A stretch of DNA of 63,683 nucleotides, filler included, from Sluysia triapertura (taxonomy: Eukaryota): the NCBI GenBank assembly GCA_046118255.1. It is 5 parts of 5 records of this genome, joined end to end, with 100 filler letters (N's around TTAATTAATTAA, not from the genome) between each part and the next. Parts side by side here need not be neighbours in the genome. Positions count along the whole stretch, not along the records: positions 1 to 16,945 come from JBJNIA010195044.1; 4 more parts are not named here. The stretch is one strand, 5' to 3'. Below, in pieces: positions 1-10,012 of the stretch. Below the pieces are notes generated by a model that worked only from the letters and a program-made list of their open reading frames with translations, did not search any database and was not told the origin of the DNA. The position numbers and the translations under genes were made by a program. Within the stretch, counting starts at the first letter, position 1; the number at the start of each line of letters is the position of its first letter.

Positions 1-59
1 TATATATATATAAATTAACAAAATTCAATTATGACAATAAGTTACAAAAGCACTTTTGA

Positions 60-634
60 TTTTTGAATCAAAATCCTGCGGATATTTGATTCTTGTAATA
101 TATTTAAATTTAATTTAAAATGTTCCCCTCATTATATCGGGGCTGTAAGATTTCCTTAAGCTTATTTTACCTATATTTTATGTTTCAACTTTACAATAAT
201 AAACTTACCAAACAACTAAAAAGTAATTAGAATAATTCCACAAGATTTTCTTGCACTTGAATCGTAAAACCGTGTCCGTGCTTAATACATCTTCTTGAAA
301 AATGAATCACAAGAATAATATTAAATAAATTTGTACGAATGACTTGAATAATAAGAGTAAATGCTTTATTATATAAATAATGATTGTTGTCTGACTAATA
401 ATTGTGTTGAAAATTGAACTGATGCTAGTTCATACACTAGTCATTAGCCAATAGAAATCGGTGGAATGTTCTAGAACATTCTAGAAGCTTCTATTCTATT
501 TTTAGAAGTTTATTTTCTTTTTGGGAAATAAATGTTTTAGTCGTTTGGAAGCTTTTAAATATTTTTTAAATGATTTTTTAAATTTTGTAATGATGTTTTA
601 GATAATTTTAAAGGGTTGTTATTGCAACCTAACA
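60..634 (-). mobile_element. LTR-like repeat family B copy (starts TGTTAGGT on minus strand) carrying an HSE array
   Basis: Terminus ...ACCTAACA (627-634) recurs at 38372-38379 and, inverted and slightly degenerate (TGCTAGGT), at 49623. All three copies share the GAA/TTC array. Segment 66-90 resembles the reverse complement of ~50175-50200. The distal boundary is approximate. Confidence 0.55.
463..492. promoter_or_regulatory. Heat-shock-element-like array, six perfect alternating nGAAn units
   Basis: gGAAtgTTCtaGAAcaTTCtaGAAgcTTCt matches the HSF consensus exactly. A CCAAT box lies at 448-452. Confidence 0.65.
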
Positions 635-1279
635 TATATGTTGGTAAAAGCTTATCTTTTTTATGAACAAATATGAATATGAATATTATTATTTGGGTTC
701 GCCTGCATATCGCGGTTTATGTCGTAAAGAGGACGCAATTATAGGACTCACTTATAAGAATATTTCTACAAGAAAAGCTGTCCCACAAGTTTATGGCAAA
801 TAACTTTAACAATGAGGTTATTCTTATATCGCTTAGAAATAATTCGTTTTGCTGTCAATTGTCTTATTTTCTGAGTAAGCTTTTAATACTAATTTTCTCT
901 TATTTTAATGCTTTCAATAAACTAACTTCTTTAATATTCAAATTACTTGGTAATGAGTTATCTTTTTAAATCTTTGTAAAGGTGTACAAAATTTTTGTTT
1001 TTTTTGTATTTTATGTTTTTGAATTTTGTATTTACGTAATTTTAAAAAATATTATAAAAATTATTAAAATTTATATATATTAATTTAATTTAACTATATT
1101 AAGATTAAAATTATTATTATTATAAATCAAAAACATTACAAAAGAAACTTCTAGAAAGAAGTTTATTTAAATGAATAAAATTTTAAAATGTCTTTAAAAT
1201 AAAGAACGAACCATTTTTTGCAATTAGAAGCCTTTTTTAAAATCAACACGGCATTTATACTCATCATTAAATTACAAAA

Positions 1280-2265
1280 AAATCGTCATCGCCAGTAAAT
1301 CCAACCGTATTGTAAAGATATACAACAAGTGGTATTCTTCAGTTCCAGTAACTCTACCAACAATTCCTATCATAATAATTGTGTGATCCCCGCGCATCCG
1401 ACTAGAGGGGTAACACATCTGCAGCAGCAATAATCGAATTTGGAAATCGATTCTTGGACAATCATCATCGAAAAATTAATTTATTATAAATCCGTAAGTT
1501 TGGTTATATAAGTGTTAACTTTCGATAAAGTAATAAAATATACTTAAATTACTATTTTTTACGGTTGGTCATTAAGGCCAATCACAAAATCAAACCAAAA
1601 TCTAAAATCTTGAATCTTTAGTTGGCCCTTAAGGTCAATTACAAAATCAATATCACAGGACAGAGTCTTTGGCTAGGTCCTTATTACAGTTTAAATATTA
1701 TTTATATTATAGTTTTATTATTATTATTATTTTTGTTTATTGTGTGTTATTTATTATCATTTAACATTTGTTTTCAATTTTGTGCAATTTTGAGTTTTTT
1801 GTCTTATAAATAAGAAGTTTAAATTGAGTTCATAATTATTGTTAACTACGGAGTAACTCCTAATTAATATATATTTTATTTTGTTTGTTATTATTAATAA
1901 ATAAGAATTACGTTCAATTTGATATTAATTTTATAAAAATCTTAACGGTCATAGTAATAGAACTTGGAGATAAGAGCGCATTCCTATATTACAGTTATTT
2001 ACTTAATTTTAATTCAAATACCTGTTAAGTTAACGTTGGTCTTAATTAGTTTTTTAAGTTATTAGTTATTAGTAATTGTTGACGATTTTGTCCATTATTG
2101 TTAGGTTAAGGCGACGATTATTTTTGTACGAGTTAGTTTTGGTAATTACTTTCACGTAATTTTTACATGTACGTCATTGGTAAGTCGTATACTGTAAACG
2201 GACTTATAATAATTAACTATTTTGCTCTAGGTTAGGTTTTTAGGTTAAGAAAAACACCAAGCACT
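1280..2265. repeat. ~1 kb composite dispersed repeat (second copy ~60560-61670), Helentron/DINE-like end
   Basis: Collinear shared blocks: CGGTTGGTCATTA..CAATCACAAAAT, GAGTCTT.GGCTAG, ACGTTGGTC, GACGATTTTGT, TCACGTAATTTT, GTAAG.CGTATACT.TAAACG, GTTAAGAAAAA. This copy contains TAGGTTAGGTT. Class assignment is inference. Confidence 0.6.
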
Positions 2266-3510
2266 TTTCTTCAATCCTTTTAAAACATTAAATCATGAAT
2301 TTTTTGCCTTGTAATTGAAAATTTTATAGTTTTCTTTACGATAAATTAGATTAAACAAAAATTTTATTTCTTTCTTTTGCAATAAAGCTCAAAAGTTTTA
2401 TTACTTTCTTTCCACTGTTTTAATTTTGAGGAAATTTCTAAAACAACTATTTTTAATTATTTTAATTCTCTCTATTTTTCTAATAATTATAATTACTTAC
2501 AATTTAAGAAATTTGTAACTCTAATATTTACAGTTATATATAATTTAAAAAGTTTAACAATCTTAACCCTACACCTTTACACTTGCATTAAAGTTAGTAT
2601 TTTGATTTTCAGAGTGAATAATTTCAAATATCAAACCTAACAAGTGGTATTTTTGCAATAAATATAAATCGTACTTGTTAGGCGAACTTACCCGTAGATA
2701 AATCGTTTTGTAGGTGCAAGTTTGTTTAAATTAAGTTCAATAAATAAAGAAAGCACTTGCAATTTATTATTTGATTTGATTTTTATTACGGGGAAAGTTA
2801 CTGAAAGTGTAGAAATGTAAAGATGAAGATGAAAGAATTTGAATTTATCGTTTCTGTACAGAAGCTTAAAATTGTAGTGTATGAAATCACCATAAACATG
2901 TTTTTAAGATTATTGAAGAAAACGTTAGCTTAAATAATTTTTAATCATAAAATAGGAAATGATACTTACTGTTCCGATTTATTTAATAAATAAATAAAAT
3001 TATTAAATTAAAAAAGCACACTTTAAAGTGATGGAACACTCTTTCTACCAAAGATAGATTTTAACATTTTAATTTGAAATTATCTTTCTAAGTTTAACCA
3101 TTTTTTCTCAATTCATGTTTTGGTTTTTCGTATAAAAATTGTTAAATTTATTTAGCCGTATAATTTTCCTTTAGCTCATCCTAGATCCAAATATAGATGC
3201 TTGGTATACAAATAGGTATACACAAAATCGTGATAGAAATAGTGTTAAATAATTAATTCAGTTACAAGCTGTTACAGATCGTATTTTGCAAATATATAAA
3301 ATCATAAAAGTTTAGTCATAAATCTAATAACTAATCAAACAAAATAGTTTGATTTTTTATATACACTATTAGTACATTTGTTAGCATCAGATTAAATATC
3401 AAATTAACACAAGTTTAAACAAGAACTACATAGCCTACTTAAATTATTTTTAATGCTTCATCAAGCAATTCATCTGCATTAAAACAGCTTACATTTGAAT
3501 TGAAATAAGT

Positions 3511-3756
3511 ATGAAAATTGAAATTTTCTTATCATTCATGTCCATGATTATAACATGTGTCTTTTCACTGACTACAGATGATTTAGAAAATTATCCAAAA
3601 TTAAATATATATAACACTGGATCGTTTAATATTGGTATGCATGCTGGTATTGTTTTGGTAATTTGTTATTCTATTTTGGGTTTTGTCTGTGGACTCGTTA
3701 ATTTAGTATACGTATTGAAAGGCAATAAAAGACGGGTACGCTCTAGAATTGAATGA
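3511..3756 (+). CDS. Small single-pass membrane protein (signal peptide, short ectodomain, TM helix, basic tail), paralog 1
   Basis: Intact 81-aa intronless ORF with hydrophobic N-terminus, TM segment AGIVLVICYSILGFVCGLVNLVYVL and tail KGNKRRVRSR. AATAAA at ~3824. Ungapped alignment to 4086..4328 gives 26/59 identities (hand count). Confidence 0.7.
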   Translation: MKIEIFLSFMSMIITCVFSLTTDDLENYPKLNIYNTGSFNIGMHAGIVLVICYSILGFVCGLVNLVYVLKGNKRRVRSRIE

Positions 3757-4085
3757 ATTTTGGTAATTAATTTTTATTTAACGTGATATATATATAATGT
3801 CTATTTATTTTATATAATTTAATAATAAATTTACTTTTTATTCTTTATTCAAATTTATTTTTATTAAAAATAAATTATTATTTTGTTAGATTTAAGTTAG
3901 AGCCGTTAGACGCTTAACAGAAATATACGATGATAATATAATTTTTTGTACTTTATGTTTTTCGTCGGTTATGTACGCATTATTATACTAAAACAATAAT
4001 AAAATAAACATTAAATTTCATATTAAAAATTATTTAACCAAAAATTTGATTTAAAATTTTTATATTTTCTCAAACCATTTTAGCA

Positions 4086-4328
4086 ATGAAATTGATTTTG
4101 TTTTATACATTCATTGGAATTGTTTTATCAATTACAAAAGATGAATTAGGTGCATATCCGCAGTACAAAAAATATGATACTGATACATTCGATATTCCAT
4201 GTCATATCGCGAAGGCACTGTTTATTTCGTTCAGTATTTTTACTTTTGTTTGGTGCGTTGCAAATTTGATTTTCAAATTAAAGGGCTATAAAAGACGCAA
4301 AAGATTGAAAGTTTTACGTGAGAATTAA
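4086..4328 (+). CDS. Small single-pass membrane protein, paralog 2
   Basis: Intact 80-aa ORF with the same architecture as 3511..3756. Shared motif T-x-D-[DE]-L-x-x-Y-P-x4-Y-[ND]-T-x-[ST]-F-[ND]-I-x-x-H and NL-x3-LKG-x-KRR-x-R. AATAAA at ~4357. Confidence 0.7.
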   Translation: MKLILFYTFIGIVLSITKDELGAYPQYKKYDTDTFDIPCHIAKALFISFSIFTFVWCVANLIFKLKGYKRRKRLKVLREN

Positions 4329-4679
4329 TTATATTTTCATAAAAATCAAGTTTAATAATAAATAATTTGTCTTCTTTTAAATATTGTAGACTTACTGTGT
4401 ACTAAAAGTATTATGATTATGATATGAAAGAAAAATTATTTGTAAATCTTACGTAAAGAAATTTAAAAGTTTCTATCCTCAAATATGTTTGGATGTTATT
4501 ATTATGATAATTATTTATTACCAAATATTGTTTCAAGTATTACAAAGTTTTGCATTATATGTTAATTGTTATGTAAAATGTTACAGGATCCAAATCGTAC
4601 CAAAATGCTATGGTGAAATATTGTAGTAGTAACTTCAATTTATGCCACTGACATTTCCTTGTTTAAGTGGACTCTTTTT

Positions 4680-5750
4680 TATTCCTTCTTTAAACTTTCA
4701 TATGCTTAAAATTCCAAGTACAACAAGCAATAAAAGAAATGCATATGAATAAAGAATGTAAAGATACGAAATTATAAAAATAAAGCAAATAAATCATTAA
4801 GATTCGACAAAGCATCATACAAATACAAATTTTATATTTGTGCGATTCATCGTTTAAACTGATTATCTAAGATTGTTAATTGTAACAAGAGTATCCGTTC
4901 AGTCCAAGATCACTAAACACAAAATGATTTCAATGTTATGTATATAAAACTAAATTATAAGTGAAAACATATTTCAAAGAAAATTCACTCATGTAGTATG
5001 GGTTTAAGGTAGAATAGTCAAGAAATCTGAATATATTTAAATTTAACATAGGTAATATTGACAAAACGGTGCATTTATTAAATTTACATGCGAAGATTTT
5101 GAATCTATAATTCTTAATTTATTTATGATTTATTATATTTTATTTATACTTCAAAATATATTAAAATCTCATTAATGAGCATTCCCAGCTCAAATAAAAT
5201 AACATGACTTAAAATATGAAAATAAATTTGGTTTTTATGTAAAATGTTTTAAAAAGCGAAACAAAGTACTCTCGAATATGTAGGAAATTTTTCATGAAAG
5301 TTAAGCTACATGCGTGTCGACTTCATGATTTTCAGTGGTAACAAATTGTTGAGAGATATTTCTGTGTCGGAAGAGTTATTAATAGATGATCCTGAGAACC
5401 TTACTTTCGCGACAAACCGATCTAAGGCTATACTGTACCACAAGTCGAGTAGTAGTAAGAGTGATGAAAATTTTAATGTTTTTGCAGATTATAATCTCGA
5501 GATTAAGCAGCTAGGTCATTTAAACATAATTGTAATCTGAATAATAGGAAAAAATTATAAATATAAAAATAAGCCTGGTAAAGGCAATAGCACTGTTAAA
5601 ACTTGTAAATCATCAAATATGGATTTCTTAACCACATGGCCAATAATATTGTAAGGAGATAGAACATGATTCTAAATATTGTAAAGTAAAGTTTGTCAAT
5701 TGTGCGAACATATAAATATAAAAATATAAATATAATGCAAATATAAAAGG
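4680..5750 (-). pseudogene. Possible decayed rhodopsin-class (peptide-receptor-like) GPCR
   Basis: The minus strand gives ICK followed after a frameshift by ...WYSIALDRFVA (TM3 Cys and DRY-type motif, ~5405-5490), IILCLVILD (~4900-4930) and HFFYCLL (~4720-4745, TM7-like end). Many stops and frameshifts; boundaries approximate. Confidence 0.35.
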
Positions 5751-6561
5751 CATATACTTACCTAAATGTAATATTAAAATTAGTGTTCGTTAAATTAAAT
5801 TAATAACAATGACTCTATAACAAAATTAAACAAATTAAAATCTCAATATATTTAACTTTATTACAACGAAATTTAGAATATCAAAATTAATTATAATTCA
5901 ATAATAAATCAATATCAATTAGTCGTATTTTAAAATAAAAAAAAACAACTTATACAAATGTTAGTGGCCACATAACAAATAAATTTATAAACACAATACA
6001 TACTTAAGACCCAATTAGCCAAGATTAAAAAATTAATTAAAAATAAAAGTTTGTAAATTACTAAAAAATGAAAGCTTCAATCGCAATGTTTGACACTGAT
6101 GAGTTGAAAGAACTATCTTAAAGAAGTCTATTTATTATTGCAATACAACTCATACTTCAAAACCATCATAAGCACTTTAATATAAATAAAATTTCACTTG
6201 ATTTTAAATGTAAGAAATAAGATAATTAAAAGATATATTATACACTAAAGAAAATAAAAGAATTTATGCATTATGTATATTTTTTAATTATTATTACTTT
6301 ATTTTCCTATTTTATTATAATTATTATTTGTTAACCATTTTCGTATTATTTTTATTAATTTTATTTTTATTTATTTATTTATTTCATTTTCATTATTTAT
6401 TTTGCGTTAGTCACCAATTATCATTATCACTACTTTGTTTTTGTTGTTGCTACCACTACCGTTCCTAACAGTGGTGACAATTTGATATAGTCATACATTA
6501 GCTCCTGTCTTTTGTTGACAATCAATTTTAATTGAGAGTCTGTGTTTAAAAAGTTCATTGC

Positions 6562-6577
6562 GATTGGTCATCCAATC
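6562..6577. promoter_or_regulatory. Back-to-back CCAAT palindrome GATTGG-N4-CCAATC
   Basis: Seen directly, ~200 bp upstream of ORF 6782. The same motif recurs at 20823, 20875, 35954 and 36005. Confidence 0.45.
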
Positions 6578-6781
6578 AAAAGTTATCAGATTCTGTTGCT
6601 AAAATTAAAAACATAATAGTTGGTAAAGAGTTAAAGGACAAAAATTTTTTCATAATCCAAAAAGCAATATAGATTAAAAATTATTTAGTATAGTTTAAAA
6701 AATTTTCATCACAAATTAACAAAGAAAAGTAACAGTAACAGTTCATTTAGGAGACGAATTACAGGTACACTGAATATAGCA

Positions 6782-7228
6782 ATGTTTTCTAAGCAAAGAC
6801 CACATCCAATTATTTATAATGATGCGACAGATCGGAATGGAATTAAATTAAACATGAATGAAAACGTAAATCAAGAAATATCAAATCATTTGGAAACGTC
6901 TTATGATAAAGTAATAAAATCTTCTAATCTTCAATTCATCGATTCATATTCAAGATGCAATATGTCGTTTTGCCATTCTTGGACTATGACGAATTTATTT
7001 TCCAGACCATATTCTGCTTTAGGCAAATACAAAGTTCTATTTCATATTAAATTAAATGCTAATCGCTCATTTCTTAGTATTTTGGTTTCATCTTCAAAGC
7101 TCAAAACACATTGCGACAAACAGTCATCATCAATTATGTCTCTAGATGATATTACCAATTTCAATCAGTATACTCTACGAAATCATGAATTACCATCAGA
7201 AAATGTTCATTACTTCATAAATTGTTGA
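6782..7228 (+). CDS. Hypothetical intronless protein (148 aa), no family recognised
   Basis: Longest ORF in the supplied track, higher GC than its flanks, ATG start, downstream of the CCAAT module. May be a truncated pseudogene. Confidence 0.35.
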   Translation: MFSKQRPHPIIYNDATDRNGIKLNMNENVNQEISNHLETSYDKVIKSSNLQFIDSYSRCNMSFCHSWTMTNLFSRPYSALGKYKVLFHIKLNANRSFLSILVSSSKLKTHCDKQSSSIMSLDDITNFNQYTLRNHELPSENVHYFINC

Positions 7229-7434
7229 GCCATCGCACGCTAGTAGAAGTTATTATTGTAGATTAATTTTTATATTTAGCAGAATTAAGATTACTATTAT
7301 TTTTTTTATTCATATTATCACGAGGAATTTTATTTATGTGAAAACTAGAGTTATGACAAAATTGGTGCTTAAGGCACTCGAAACGTTCTTTATTAAAGAA
7401 AACTTTTAAATTAAAATAAGATGAGAAATTTTTA

Positions 7435-8669
7435 TTATACGCAAATAAGACGAATTATATAAGACTTACATTCATTCGTCTTCACTCTTTTAAAATTATT
7501 TACAAGGTCAGGTTCGACAGCCGGCTTATGAGAACACGTTATCCGAGTAAGATTATTATAATAACGATACATCGTATAATAAATGCGGACAACAGCAGTA
7601 AAGACATCAAAAATTAAATCGAAGGTGACGTTACAAGCTTCTATGTCTACTAACTCGTCATCGGTACCAAACAAGTAATGTTCTTGTTTGATTTGATTGC
7701 TCTTTAACAAATTAATTATAAAACTTAAATAAACAGTCTCGTACACTTGATCTATTTCACAAGTTTTGTAGTCTGAACCTCCATTTAGAATAGGAACATT
7801 ATTGTTTGGCCAATGATAGTTTCAAATCTTGAGTTTGGTCTATTATCCCAGAATTATCATCCCTATTTCTGTCAAGTTTTATATTAAAATTATAGGTTAC
7901 AGAAAACAATATGTTCACAAACGTCACATTTATTTTAAAATTCTTAGCAATCTAAGAATGATATTCTTCCTTACATGGAATAAACTTATTTGCGTACAAA
8001 AAATCTACTAATTCTAGTATTTTAATTATTTCTTCCTTTAATGGCTGATTCGAATTTTCTGGAATCATCAAACATTCAGACCAGGTTTCTGGAACAGAAC
8101 CGTGCGAATTTATAAACGAACGTCGGTGTCTTGTTGATCCGAGCACAGTTCGTGTTTTAAATGAATCAACATTTGTTTCCAAAATTGATTTATTCTTATA
8201 ATAATTATTGTCTTCAATACCACGTTCAACAGTTGTGCATCATTATTTTCTAACTTCTCGTAATCAGCTGTTAAATCTCTTCCTAAATTATTATCAATTT
8301 TATTAGCTACAAGCATTTTATAGGCACCATATGCGCCATCATGGTCCAATCGAATAATCCACTGTTTAACACTTTCATAAGACCGTAGATTTGTTATGCC
8401 ATAAACTACAAAAACACCCTCTGCTTGGATATAAAAAGCTTTAGCAATTGCCATGTACTTTTCTTGTCCGGCTGTATCCAAAATCTGTAATTTAATTTTC
8501 AGTACATCAACATCAACTGTTTTTATTTTAAAATCGACTCCAATAATAGCTAAAAAGGTTGAATTAAATTGATAATCTGTATAAGAAGCAGCATACTTGT
8601 TTTACCAACACTCGAGCCTTCAATAAGTAATAGTTTGATTAAATGATCATATTGCTTAAATCCATCCAT
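7435..8669 (-). pseudogene. Intronless Rab GTPase pseudogene (Rab1/8/10-like N-terminus) with a long decayed C-terminal extension
   Basis: ATG at 8669 gives MDGFKQYDHLIKLLLIEGSSVGKTSMLL, then a 1-nt deletion at ~8584, then YTDYQFNSTFLAIIGVDFKIKTVDVDVLKIKLQILDTAGQEKY...VANKID. The G1 Gly is replaced by Glu, WDTAGQE has become LDTAGQE, and no G5 (SAK) box is found. ORF pieces 7952-8182 and 7435-7746 continue on the same strand through frameshifts. Confidence 0.8.
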
Positions 8670-8967
8670 AATAGGTTGAAAACATTTAAAATAATTAATG
8701 AAATTTAAAAATTAAATTGAATCGCTTTTGTTTCGTTAATTGACCTATATTTCTAGCTTATTATTAAAATAAAATAAGCATAAGGTACATTACAAAAATT
8801 GCATTTTGAAACAAAAACAAAAACTAATAAATTATTCTTTCAAAATCACATTGAATAGGCGCATTTATAACAATTATTTATAATCTATATAAACTTTAAT
8901 TTCTATATTTCTTTGTAACTTCTTTTTAAAAACTTTTATTTCTCTTTTTAAAATACAGGCAAAAGGA

Positions 8968-10012
8968 ATGTATCATAACGATGGCAAGACGACAATGTGC
9001 TGTGTTTTATTTTGATCTAAAAATGTTAGCAAAAAGGATTTTATTAGACATCTGATATTTTATAAGAATGAGTGTTGTGATGTTGTAAATGATATAGATG
9101 AGACTCGTTATAATGTAATCTTTTGTAATGAGGTTTGTGTCAGTGGATGTTATGATTGATGTGATATATAGGTAGTTGTAGGCTGGATCACCACAGTTAT
9201 GCATAAATTATTGTTTAAGAACAATGACTCAACTGATCATAATGTTTACAGGTTTCTCCAGTCTTTGAAGGACTTTATTCAAGAAATTAAAAATAATGTA
9301 AAACTTTTCATCAATGATCTCAATCTCATGATCATGTTAGAATTAATGTTCAGAGAAACAAATAGACTAGTGATCAACTCCAATTTAGATATTAAATGTT
9401 ATGTTACACTATGTTTTATCCCCTCAACGAATTCCGTGCTTGCAAACATGATGCTACGAAAAATAAAAGTAATAAAGCGAGTGCAATTTCGTCGTATGTC
9501 AATTTGTATGACATCAAAACTCTTGATGGTAATATCGCATCAGATCGTACAATAGAATCCGCTGTTTCAAACAATTCCGCCACTCAATCATACCATCTAT
9601 TAACTATGTTGTTTCAAATCCAAAACAAGAGATTCTAATGTAAGAACAGCAAAATATCAATTCAAATCCAACAGACTCGGTCAATACAGCAATCATGTAA
9701 ATGTTATCATTCCATTAGTGAAATTAACAATGTTGATACACGATCGAAATATCTACACGTCTCGACAAGCTCATTAACGATATTCATTCCTGCACAGATC
9801 AAAGCAAGTCGATATGTAATATGAACAATGATAATGATCATGTAATTACTCAAACCATCGCTCATACTACTGTTCTTGGACTTAAAGTAATATTATTGTT
9901 TTATTTTAGAACGCCATTTAATCCTGATAACTTTTATTTCAGGAATCTTAATCCACAGAAGATTTTGGCGGTTCAGGTTGCAAATGTACTGCGGAACCTC
10001 ACTAATGAGTAA
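8968..10012 (+). pseudogene. Decayed intronless coding region of unknown family, interrupted by a family A repeat
   Basis: Overlapping frameshifted ORFs 9199-9555, 9396-9638 and 9821-10012 on one strand with raised GC. A repeat fragment at ~9040-9195 separates them from an ATG at 8968. Confidence 0.35.

Noticed and set aside
2228-2248. TAGGTTAGG as telomeric repeat
   Set aside because: Only two or three imperfect units inside a dispersed repeat.
5310-5540. Plus-strand 76-aa ORF as a gene
   Set aside because: No recognisable motif; better explained as the antisense shadow of the GPCR-like relic.
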